Shown one piece after another: positions 19,586 to 30,035 of a stretch of DNA of 36,848 nt. A model generated the notes under the pieces. That model did no database searches, was not told the origin of the DNA, and saw only the letters and a list, made by a program, of their open reading frames with translations. Position 1 is the first letter of the stretch. Each line of letters begins with the position of its first letter. Origin of the DNA: Hydrogenophaga intermedia (lineage in GTDB: Bacteria > Pseudomonadota > Gammaproteobacteria > Burkholderiales > Burkholderiaceae_C); the NCBI GenBank assembly GCA_945869245.1, contig CAMBOY010000001.1:1-36848 (forward strand). Direction: 5' to 3'. A program made the translations under genes and the position numbers.

Positions 19586-20719
19586 TCAGGGCACAAGTTC
19601 AAAGGTGGCCACCGCATGGGCCTGGCCGTTCAGGGCCAGCTCCACCCGGTGGCTGCCGGGGTAATGGGTGCGGGTGCTCATCTGGCGCAGCGACAAAGTT
19701 TTTTCCAGCACACAGGTCTCGCCCGGGGCCAGCGTCAGCGTGCTGCCCTTGAACACCTTGGCGCTGGTCTGGCCATCGGCCTTGACGTAATGCACCCGCC
19801 AGTCGGCCAGGGCGCTGGCGGTGTTGCCGCTGGGGTTGTGCAGCTCGGCTTGCAAGCGCACGCTGGTGCCGATGGCGGCGCGCGCCGGCACAGTGGCGCC
19901 GCCGCTTACCCGAAGTGCGCTGGCGCCACCGTGCCCCAACAGCGCCAGCGCCTGCGGATGGCCAGCCTTGATCAGGCTGCGCATCGCATGCCGCAACAGG
20001 GCTGCGCGTGTTGGTGGGGCTTGCTTGAACCAGTCGCCGGCCACCGCCAGCAGCAGCTCGGGGTGGTCTTTGCCGATGTCGTTGAGGTGGTTGGCCACCG
20101 AACGCCGCACGTACGACGACGGATCGTCGCGCAAGGTCTGCAGCAGCGGCAGGGCGGGGCTGGGGTCGCGCACAAAGTCGCTCAGGCGCGCAGCCCAGGG
20201 CAAGCGCGGGCGCGTGGCCTCGCTGGCGGCGCGGCGCACATGGGCGTTGGTGTCTTGCGCCCAGCGCGCCAGGTGGGTCAACGTGGCTTGGGTGTGTTGT
20301 TGCAGATAGGGCCGCAGGCTGAATTCGGCGGTGAATCGCTGCGTCAGCGCGTGTTGCGCGTCCATGGCGATGTCCAGGTGGTTCAGCCCCTGTTGGGCAA
20401 TAAACAGGCTGTGCGCCAGGTAAAAAAATCCGCTTGGCACATCGCCGGCAGACACCGGTTCACCCTGCGCGTCCAGCGCCATGGGTGCGCCCATGGACGC
20501 CACCAGCAGCGGCGCGGCTTGGGTAAATTTGCTCGGCAGATGGCGAATCAAGGCATCGGCCAGACGCTGCCCGCGCGCCATCAGCGGCAGGCTGTCGAAA
20601 TCCGGGCCAGCGCTCTTGACCAGAGCGGCCGGGCGCAGGCCCGCGCCAGCGCGCGCCAGGTGTTCACCCAGCAGCTGTGGCGCGTGGGCGGGAATCAGGT
20701 GGTTCAGAGTGGCGGCCAT
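19586..20719 (-). CDS. DNA alkylation repair protein (AlkC/AlkD-like HEAT repeat) with C-terminal beta-rich domain
   Basis: LTQRFTAEFSLRPYL, W..D.NAHVRRAASEATRPRLPWA, LRDDPSSYVRRSVANHLNDIGKDHP, C-terminal TRTHYPGSH. Confidence 0.85.
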   Translation of the reverse strand: MAATLNHLIPAHAPQLLGEHLARAGAGLRPAALVKSAGPDFDSLPLMARGQRLADALIRHLPSKFTQAAPLLVASMGAPMALDAQGEPVSAGDVPSGFFYLAHSLFIAQQGLNHLDIAMDAQHALTQRFTAEFSLRPYLQQHTQATLTHLARWAQDTNAHVRRAASEATRPRLPWAARLSDFVRDPSPALPLLQTLRDDPSSYVRRSVANHLNDIGKDHPELLLAVAGDWFKQAPPTRAALLRHAMRSLIKAGHPQALALLGHGGASALRVSGGATVPARAAIGTSVRLQAELHNPSGNTASALADWRVHYVKADGQTSAKVFKGSTLTLAPGETCVLEKTLSLRQMSTRTHYPGSHRVELALNGQAHAVATFELVP

Positions 20720-20744
20720 GCGGCGATGGTAGGTGCACACCCAT

Positions 20745-22826
20745 TCATGGGCTGGGCGGGGTGGGTGCGCTGGTCTGCGGTGCAATCTCCACCAGAACCC
20801 GGGCTGCGCTCACCTGATCGCCCGTCTGCACATGCACTGCGCACACCACGCCGCTGGTGTTGGCGCTGTGGCGGTGTTCCATCTTCATGGCTTCCAGCGT
20901 CAGCACGGTGTCGCCACGCTGCACGGTTTGGCCCACCGCCACCGCCACCGCCACCACCCGGCCGTTCATGGCCGCGCGCACTTGCCCGTCGCCGCTGTCG
21001 CTCGCGCGTTGCGCCGCATTCAGCCGTTCGTCGCGCACACACCAGATGTCGCCGAGCGACTGCAGCCACACGGTGTGTGGGTCGCTGTCGCTGCGCGCCC
21101 AGTCGACGCTGCGCTGCACGCCGTCCAGCGCCAGCCGCCAATGGCCATGGGCACGGCCGAGCACCGCCACCGTGTATTCGGCGTTGCCTTCGGCGGTGTG
21201 CTGTTGCAGCCGCCAACCGTCGCCCTCGCGGGTGGCGGTCGCTTCCATCAAGGCGCCGTTGCAGCGGTAGCGCAGGCGCACCGGGTGGCGCGCGGCCAGC
21301 GGGTGGTGTTGGCCGCTGTCGCATTCCAGCAGGGCCAGCGCACCCATGGCGGCCTGGCCCTCGGCGTCGCCCTGGCTGTCGCGCAGCAGGGCCTCGCTGT
21401 GTTCGCCGATGAAGGCGGTGGTGGCCTCACCCGCCACCCACACCGGGTGTTGCAAGCAGGCGGCCAAATAGCTCTGGTTGGTCGGCAGGCCCAGCGCCAC
21501 CGTGTCTTGCAGGCCGGCGATCAGGCGACGGCGTGCGCTCTCGCGGTTGGGCCCGTGCGCAATCAGCTTGGCCACCATCGAGTCGTACCAGGGCGGGATG
21601 TCGCAGCCGTCTTGCAAAGCGCTCTCGGTACGCAGTCGCTCGTCGGCGCGCCAGCGCAGCACCCGCCCGCTTTGCGGCACAAAGCCCTGGGCTGGGTCTT
21701 CGGCGCACAGCCGCACCTCAATGGCGTGGCCCTGAAAACGCACATCCGCTTGGCTCAGCGGCAGCGGCTCTCCGGCGGCCACCTGCAGCTGCAGCGCTAC
21801 TAAGTCCAAGCCGGTGATGGCTTCGGTGACGGGATGCTCCACCTGCAGGCGGGTGTTCATTTCCAGGAAATAGAAGTTGGCCCCCACGCTCCGCCGCTGC
21901 GCTGGGTCGCTGCCCCCCGAGGGGGCGCCGTCGCCTTGGGGCGGCCCGGCGGCGACGGGGTGGCTGCCTTCGTGTGTTTCTTCTAGCAAAAACTCCAGCG
22001 TGCCCACGCCTTCATAGCCCAGCGCCTGCACCGCTTGCACCGCCACCGCGCCCATGCGTTCGCGCAGCTCGGGGCTCACGGCGGGCGAGGGCGCTTCTTC
22101 GATGATTTTTTGGTGGCGCCGCTGCACCGAGCAGTCGCGCTCACCCAAGTGAATCGCGTGGCCATACCGGTCGGCCAGCACCTGAATCTCGATGTGCCGG
22201 GGCCGCAGCACCGCGCGCTCCAGCAACACGCTGGCGTCGCCAAAGGCGTTGAGCGCCTCGCTCTGCGCGCTGGCCAGCGCGGCGGCAAAGCCGTCGGCGC
22301 GTTCCACCAGCCGCATGCCACGCCCGCCGCCACCCGCGCAGGCCTTGATCATCAGCGGGTAACCCACCCGCGCGGCCTCGGTGCACAGGCGCTCAGGGCT
22401 TTGGTCCTCGCCGTCGTAGCCGGGAATGCAGGGCACACCCGCTTCGGCCATGCGGCGTTTGGCACCAGCCTTGTGGCCCATGGCGGCCATGGCCTCGGGC
22501 GAAGGGCCAATGAACACCAGCCCCGCCTCGCGGCAGGCGCGGGCAAAGTCGGGGTTCTCGGCCAAAAAGCCGTAGCCCGGGTGCACCGCGTCGGCGCCGG
22601 TGCGTTGGGCCGCCTCGATCAGCGCGGGGATGTTCAGGTAGCTCTCGCGCGGCGCCGCGCCACCAATACACACCGCCAGGTCGGCCTCGCGCACATGGCG
22701 GCTGTCGGCGTCGGCGCTGGAGTACACCGCCACCGTGCGGTAGCCCAGCGCCCGTGCGCTGCGCATCACCCGCAAGGCAATCTCGCCCCGGTTGGCCACC
22801 AATACCGTGGTGAATGGTGTTTTCAT
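20745..22826 (-). CDS. atuF: Biotin carboxylase/BCCP alpha subunit of an acyl-CoA carboxylase (geranyl-CoA carboxylase AtuF-like)
   Basis: ANRGEIA, HPGYGFLAEN, GGGGRGMR, ERDCSVQRRHQK, FLEMNTRLQVEHPVTE, biotinylation motif EAMKM; carries an in-frame insertion of about 30 aa. Confidence 0.8.
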   Translation of the reverse strand: MKTPFTTVLVANRGEIALRVMRSARALGYRTVAVYSSADADSRHVREADLAVCIGGAAPRESYLNIPALIEAAQRTGADAVHPGYGFLAENPDFARACREAGLVFIGPSPEAMAAMGHKAGAKRRMAEAGVPCIPGYDGEDQSPERLCTEAARVGYPLMIKACAGGGGRGMRLVERADGFAAALASAQSEALNAFGDASVLLERAVLRPRHIEIQVLADRYGHAIHLGERDCSVQRRHQKIIEEAPSPAVSPELRERMGAVAVQAVQALGYEGVGTLEFLLEETHEGSHPVAAGPPQGDGAPSGGSDPAQRRSVGANFYFLEMNTRLQVEHPVTEAITGLDLVALQLQVAAGEPLPLSQADVRFQGHAIEVRLCAEDPAQGFVPQSGRVLRWRADERLRTESALQDGCDIPPWYDSMVAKLIAHGPNRESARRRLIAGLQDTVALGLPTNQSYLAACLQHPVWVAGEATTAFIGEHSEALLRDSQGDAEGQAAMGALALLECDSGQHHPLAARHPVRLRYRCNGALMEATATREGDGWRLQQHTAEGNAEYTVAVLGRAHGHWRLALDGVQRSVDWARSDSDPHTVWLQSLGDIWCVRDERLNAAQRASDSGDGQVRAAMNGRVVAVAVAVGQTVQRGDTVLTLEAMKMEHRHSANTSGVVCAVHVQTGDQVSAARVLVEIAPQTSAPTPPSP
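21880..21958. repeat. Palindromic repeat element inserted in-frame in the carboxylase gene
   Basis: gcccccacgct...gccccccgagggggc...ccgtcgcc-N15-ggcgacgg; encodes the low-complexity peptide PVAAGPPQGDGAPSGGSDPAQRRSVG between EFLL and NFYFLEM. Confidence 0.75.
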
Positions 22827-24442
22827 GGGCGCATCACTCCAAACGACAGGCGCTGCGGCGTGCGCGCCTCGGCTTCGCGGCAAACGGCCAGCACCTCGGC
22901 CAGCACGGCGCGGGTGTCGCGTGGGTCGATCACCCCGTCGTCCAGCAGCAGCGCGCTGGTGGCAAACACACTCATCTGCCGCTCAAAGCGCTCGACGATG
23001 CCGGCCTTGAGCGCGGCGATCTTCTCGGTGTCCACTTGGCCGGTCTTGCGCTGCATGGCGGCTGCCGTCACCAGCGCCATGGTCTCGGCCGCCTGCTCAG
23101 GGCCCATGACGGCGGTGCGCGCGTTGGGCCACGAGAAACAAAACCGCGGCGCAAAACCGCGCCCGCACATGCCGTAGTTGCCCGCGCCAAACGACGCACC
23201 GCAGTACAGCGTGATCTGCGGCACCGTGGCGTTGGTCACCGCCTGAATCATCTTGCTGCCGTGTTTGATGATGCCGCCTTGCTCGTGCTCCTTGCCCACC
23301 ATAAAACCGGTGGTGTTGTTCAGGTAGAGGATGGGCGTGCGGCTTTGGCAGCAGGCGGCAATGAAGTGCGTGGCCTTGTTGGCGCCGGCCGAGTCGATCG
23401 GCCCGTTGTTGGTGATCACGCCCAGCGCCCAGCCACCGAGGCGGATGTGGCCACACACCGTGGCACCGCCAAAGTGTTCGCCAAACGGCAAAAAGTCCGA
23501 GTCGTCGGCGATGTGCGCAATCACCTGCCGCATGTCCACCGGCTGTTTGGGGTCGGCTGGCATGATGGCCAGCAAGCCCTCGGCGTCGCAGCGCGGCGCG
23601 CGTGGGGGCACCGGTGGGGGCGTGGTGTGGCGCGGCCAGTCCATGCCCGCCAAGATGTCGCGCGCCATGCGAATGCCGTCGCGGTCGTCTTCGGCCAGGT
23701 AGTCGCCCAGGCCCGACACATGGGTGTGCATCACCGCGCCGCCCAGTTCTTCTTCGGTGGCCACCTCGCCGGTGGCGGCCTTGAGCAGCGGCGGCCCCGC
23801 CAAAAACGCGCGCGACTTGCCGCGAATCAGCACCACATAGTCCGACAGCCCGGTCTGGTAAGCCCCACCTGCGGTGGACGAACCGTGCGTGACCGTGACC
23901 ACCGGCAGCCCAGCGGCCGACAGCCGCGCCAGGTTGCGAAAGGTGCTGCCGCCGCGAATGAAATCCTCCACCCGATACGCCATCAGGTTGGCGCCCGCGC
24001 TCTCCACCAGCTGCACATAGGGCAGGCGGTTGTCCAAGGCCATCTCTTGCGCGCGCAGCAGCTTGTCCAGGCCCATGGGCTGCAGCGCTCCGGCGTCGAT
24101 GCCGGCGTCCGACACCAGCACCATGCAACGCACGCCCGACACAAAGCCAATGCCGGTGATGATGCCGCCGCCCGGCACGCTGGCGTTCGGGTCGGGCTTG
24201 TCCATGCCCAGCCCGGCCAGGGTCGACATCTCCATAAACGGCGCACCGGGGTCGAGCAGCAGGCCCAGGCGGTCGCGCGGCAGCAGCTGGCCGCGCGCCT
24301 CAAAACGTTCGCGCGCAGCGGCCGACGCCGCCACCGTGCGCGCCTCGCAGGCCCGCAACCGTTCCAGCAGGCCCAGCATGTGGGCGCGGTTGTTGTTGTA
24401 TGCCGCGCTCCCAGGGGCCAAGAGCGATTCCACGACAGGCAT
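22823..24442 (-). CDS. atuC: Acyl-CoA carboxylase carboxyltransferase subunit (geranyl-CoA carboxylase AtuC-like)
   Basis: RGQLLPRDRLGLLLDPG, VESAGANL, HGSSTAGGAY, EELGGA, GFMVG, SFGAGNYGMCGR, DDGVIDPRDTR; ATGA-coupled to the alpha subunit. Confidence 0.8.
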   Translation of the reverse strand: MPVVESLLAPGSAAYNNNRAHMLGLLERLRACEARTVAASAAARERFEARGQLLPRDRLGLLLDPGAPFMEMSTLAGLGMDKPDPNASVPGGGIITGIGFVSGVRCMVLVSDAGIDAGALQPMGLDKLLRAQEMALDNRLPYVQLVESAGANLMAYRVEDFIRGGSTFRNLARLSAAGLPVVTVTHGSSTAGGAYQTGLSDYVVLIRGKSRAFLAGPPLLKAATGEVATEEELGGAVMHTHVSGLGDYLAEDDRDGIRMARDILAGMDWPRHTTPPPVPPRAPRCDAEGLLAIMPADPKQPVDMRQVIAHIADDSDFLPFGEHFGGATVCGHIRLGGWALGVITNNGPIDSAGANKATHFIAACCQSRTPILYLNNTTGFMVGKEHEQGGIIKHGSKMIQAVTNATVPQITLYCGASFGAGNYGMCGRGFAPRFCFSWPNARTAVMGPEQAAETMALVTAAAMQRKTGQVDTEKIAALKAGIVERFERQMSVFATSALLLDDGVIDPRDTRAVLAEVLAVCREAEARTPQRLSFGVMRP

Positions 24443-24512
24443 GGCACAGACCCTCACAGACAAGATGGGCCCATGCTAGGCGCCGCTGGCGGCGCTGTCT
24501 TGTGGCAAGTGG

Positions 24513-24659
24513 CTATGGACGGGTGGTGGTGGGTGGTTGCCCCACCGGGTTGCCGTCCACGTCGTAGCCGGGTTGGCCCGACAAATAGTTGAACTTGACC
24601 ATACCCGCCACGGCAATGACCAGCAGAACGGCGACCACAAACAACAAGACTTTTTTCAT
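24513..24659 (-). CDS. Small (48 aa) single-pass membrane or exported protein
   Basis: Translated manually: MKKVLLFVVAVLLVIAVAGMVKFNYLSGQPGYDVDGNPVGQPPTTTRP*. Basic N-terminus plus hydrophobic helix, host-like codon usage, fills the katG-atuC gap. Confidence 0.65.
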   Translation of the reverse strand: MKKVLLFVVAVLLVIAVAGMVKFNYLSGQPGYDVDGNPVGQPPTTTRP

Positions 24660-24717
24660 GGTGACCGGGCACACGGGGGTGTCCCGGGGGTGGTGAAACG
24701 GGCGCCCATTTCAGCAC

Positions 24718-24742
24718 AAAGCCCCCGACAAGCGGGGGCTTT
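24718..24742 (-). terminator. Rho-independent terminator downstream of katG
   Basis: Inverted repeat aaagcccccg-acaag-cgggggcttt about 45 nt after the katG stop. Confidence 0.7.
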
Positions 24743-24785
24743 GGCTGGGGTCACACACAGATGCCAGCGGCATCCGTGGTGTGTG

Positions 24786-27101
<2,316 letters not shown>

Positions 27102-27146
27102 TTAAAACGGTTCGGGTTTTTACCGAGCCGCACACAGGAGCGACCG

Positions 27147-27782
27147 ATGAACAAAGCCCGCTGGTGGATGAGCGCCTTGGCGCTGTGTGCCGCCGCGCCG
27201 GCCATGGCCGCGCTCGATCTGGACGACGTGGCGCGCGAAGGCGAGCTGCGTTTTTTGGCGCAGCGTCCCGACCCCAAGGCCTACGCGTACGACGCGCGGG
27301 TCGAGATCGACGCTGACAGCCTGCGCACCGGCCTGGTCACCATGCACACCTGCCACCGCCAGCTCGACCCCAACCGCCGCGTGGTGGTGCTGTTCAACCG
27401 CGAGCGGGTGCAACACATCGACATCACCGAACAGTCGGGCATGGCGCGCGCCTGGGTCGACGGCCATCGGGTGGAGCTGGCCGACGTGAGCCGGGGCGGC
27501 CATGTGTGCATCGCCCTGCGCTCGCGCGCGCTCGACACCACCGCCGACGGCCAATGGACGCTCAACGCCGGGCCGCTGATGCGCCGCTACCTGGACGGCT
27601 ATCTGCCCATGGAAGCCACGTTGCAGGTGAGCTGGCCCAGCGGCCTGCTGCAAGTGGCCGGCACCGATCCGGTGGTGCAGCCCGGCGTGCGCCTGCAGCA
27701 GGCCAGCGACGGCGCCACCTTGCAAGTGGTGTTTGCCGGCCGCTTGGCGGCCAAATGGCGTTTGGTGCGGGGGCCGGCATGA
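27147..27782 (+). CDS. Hypothetical exported protein
   Basis: RBS aggag, signal peptide (MNKARWWMSALALCAAAPAMA), host-like codon usage, GPLMRRYLDGYLPM segment; no family recognised. Confidence 0.7.
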   Translation: MNKARWWMSALALCAAAPAMAALDLDDVAREGELRFLAQRPDPKAYAYDARVEIDADSLRTGLVTMHTCHRQLDPNRRVVVLFNRERVQHIDITEQSGMARAWVDGHRVELADVSRGGHVCIALRSRALDTTADGQWTLNAGPLMRRYLDGYLPMEATLQVSWPSGLLQVAGTDPVVQPGVRLQQASDGATLQVVFAGRLAAKWRLVRGPA

Positions 27783-28357
27783 AGCCCGGGCTGTGGTTGG
27801 GAATGGCGCTGGTGGCGGTCTCGGCGCAGGCCGCGCAGCCGCCCACGCTGCAGCAAGCGGCCGAGCGTTTTTTGACCTGGCACCAAAGCGCTGGTGTGCG
27901 TGGTGCGCCCGACGCAGCCGCCTTGCGCGCGCTGCAGCCGCTGCTCACGCCGGCCTTGCACTGCGTGCTGCAACAGGCCGACGGCTTGCGCAGCGCCATC
28001 GCACAGGCCCGGCCCGACGAGAAACCACCGTTTGTGGGTGGCGACCTATTCAGCAGTCTGTGGGAAGGCCCCAGCACATTCCGCATCGCGTCGGTGCAGG
28101 TGCAGCGCAACAGCGCCCGGGTGCTGGTGCGCTTCACCCACTCACCGGACGCGGGTCAGGCGCCGGTGGTGTGGCAAGACGCGTTGCACCTGCAGCGCAC
28201 CGCTGCCGGCTGGCGCGTGGCCGACGTGGAATACCTGGGCCAGTGGGACTTTGCCCTCAAAGGCCGCTTGCGTGCCGCCCTGGTGGCTGAGCTGGGCGAG
28301 CGCGACCCGGCCGCCCCAGCGGTGCCCACCGCTGTCAAGGCTTGCCTGCGCTTGTAA
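27779..28357 (+). CDS. Hypothetical exported protein (possibly DUF3828/YbjP-like NTF2 fold)
   Basis: ATGA coupling, signal peptide, KPPFVGGDLFSSLWEG, W.D.L.L....GWRVADVEY. Confidence 0.65.
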   Translation: MKPGLWLGMALVAVSAQAAQPPTLQQAAERFLTWHQSAGVRGAPDAAALRALQPLLTPALHCVLQQADGLRSAIAQARPDEKPPFVGGDLFSSLWEGPSTFRIASVQVQRNSARVLVRFTHSPDAGQAPVVWQDALHLQRTAAGWRVADVEYLGQWDFALKGRLRAALVAELGERDPAAPAVPTAVKACLRL

Positions 28358-29216
28358 ACACCGCGCGCCATTTGTTGAGCCGCGCCACCGGCCGGTACGA
28401 CGCTTTGGTGCGGCGAAAGTTGGGCAGGCCCAGGTCCTGCTCAAAGTTCAGCCACTGCACCGCGTGCCGGCTGGCGTGGTCTGAAAACCCATAAGCCGCC
28501 ACACCCTTGAAGCGCGCCAGGCTTTTGGCAAAGCGCAGCACATGCAGACCCGGCGCCAGCGGCTCGGCCAGCAGCCAAGCGGCCGGTGTGTCGTCGGCCC
28601 ACAGCAGCTGGCCGCACCAGCCCCAGTCGGTGGCGTGCTGCAGGGCGTTGCGCGCGGGCGCGTCGTCGGCGTCACCGGGCTGTTTGCCCTTGTCGGCCAG
28701 CCAGCCCTGCAGCACCTGCAAGGCCTGCGGCAGCAGCGCGGGCGTGTAGGGCTCCACCCGCAGGCGGTGGCTGGCCAGCAGCTGTTTCACCAGATTGCGT
28801 TTGTCGTGCAGGCCCGCGCCCACAAAGCCCGCCAAGTCGGCCGCGCGGTACAAGTAGTCGCGCTCGCCCTCGGGCGCGTGCAGTGCCCACAGCGCGGGCT
28901 CAAGCCGCTGCACCGCAGCGTCGCTCAGTCCAAAGAACCCGTCGCGCCTGTGCAGCAGGGCCTGGCACACACCGAGCGGCGCGTTGGCCAGCTCAAACAG
29001 CGGCAGCACGCCTTGATAGCCGTCATACGCGTGGCCCAGCAGGTGCGGCCACTCGCCATCCACAAAGCGCCAGTTGTGTGCCGCGCGAAACAGCCACAGG
29101 TTGTGGAAAGAGTGTTCAGATAGGCAGCGTTCGCCCAGCCCCTGGCGCAGCCCGGCCAGCAGCGGCTGCAAGCGCGGTGCGTGCGGCAGGCCCAGCGGCT
29201 CGGGCGCGGTGGTCAT
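28335..29216 (-). CDS. DUF2156 / phosphatidylglycerol lysyltransferase C-terminal-like protein (stand-alone)
   Basis: LSEHSFHNLWLFR, RDYLYRAADLA...G..LHDKRNLV, FAKSL..FKG, WLNFEQDLGLPNFRRTKASYRP; ATGA overlap with the upstream gene. Confidence 0.75.
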   Translation of the reverse strand: MTTAPEPLGLPHAPRLQPLLAGLRQGLGERCLSEHSFHNLWLFRAAHNWRFVDGEWPHLLGHAYDGYQGVLPLFELANAPLGVCQALLHRRDGFFGLSDAAVQRLEPALWALHAPEGERDYLYRAADLAGFVGAGLHDKRNLVKQLLASHRLRVEPYTPALLPQALQVLQGWLADKGKQPGDADDAPARNALQHATDWGWCGQLLWADDTPAAWLLAEPLAPGLHVLRFAKSLARFKGVAAYGFSDHASRHAVQWLNFEQDLGLPNFRRTKASYRPVARLNKWRAVFTSAGKP

Positions 29217-30025
29217 GCCACCACGCGGGTGCGGCGCACGCCTGGGCCGGGGCCGTCGGCCGGTGGGCCGGCAAAACACTGCGCCAGTTGTGTCCATGCC
29301 TCGGCCGTGGGGCCGGCCCAGCGCAGCGCGGTGTCGCTGCGGTGGCGGCGCTGCGTCACCAGCAGGCAAAAGTCCAGCGCGCTGCCGCGCAGCCAGTCGG
29401 TGGCCGACGGTTCGTCCCAGGTCCAGGGGGCTTCTCCCGCCACCGGCGCTTCCAGCTCCACCCAGGGCAGCGGGCCGGGCACGGCTAGGCCCCGGTTGGC
29501 AAAGGTCCAGCCCAGCGTGCTCACGCCCAGGTGGGCAATGGCGCGGTGGCGCGGCGCGGCGGTGCGCGTGCGGCCCATCGCGTCCCACACATCCTGGCCG
29601 TGGGCCCAGGTTTCCATCAGCCGCGCGGTGGCAAACGAGCGGGCGCTCATGCTTGGGCCGTACCAGGGCAGGCGGTCTTTGGGGCCGCGCTGGCGCAGCG
29701 CGCCCAGCAGCGTGTGCGACGTGTCTTGCCAGCGCGCCAACAAGGCCGCGCCGTCCATGGCGCCAAAGTGCGCCCGCGCCACCGCGCTGATGTGCCCACC
29801 GCTGTTCATCAGCGTCATCAGCTCGGCCGCGTGCTGGGCAAAGGCCTCGGCGTCGCGCGTGGCCAGCAGCGCGGTTTCGTCGAAGTAACACAGGTGCGCC
29901 ACCTCGTCCCAGGGGCTCCAGCCATAAAAGTCGGTGGGCGTGGCCCACTGTTCGGCGCTCAGCCCCGCGCACAGCTGCGCCAGTTCATCGACTTCGGCCG
30001 CCAGGTCGTCGCATTCGGTCAACAT
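29213..30025 (-). CDS. TIGR03084-type DinB/MDMPI-superfamily metal-binding protein
   Basis: W.TPT...GWS..DEVAHL..FD, LPWYGPSMSARSFATARLMETWAHGQD, C-terminal DFCLLVTQRRH...AQCFAGPP. Confidence 0.8.
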   Translation of the reverse strand: MLTECDDLAAEVDELAQLCAGLSAEQWATPTDFYGWSPWDEVAHLCYFDETALLATRDAEAFAQHAAELMTLMNSGGHISAVARAHFGAMDGAALLARWQDTSHTLLGALRQRGPKDRLPWYGPSMSARSFATARLMETWAHGQDVWDAMGRTRTAAPRHRAIAHLGVSTLGWTFANRGLAVPGPLPWVELEAPVAGEAPWTWDEPSATDWLRGSALDFCLLVTQRRHRSDTALRWAGPTAEAWTQLAQCFAGPPADGPGPGVRRTRVVA

Positions 30026-30035
30026 GGTGTGTCCT

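Noticed and set aside
28335-29972. 545-aa ORF suggesting a long fusion; likewise the N-terminal extensions at 9150, 9977, 33004 and 33867
   Set aside because: The extensions overlap other genes or attC sites and are low-complexity; downstream starts with RBS or ATGA coupling are better supported.
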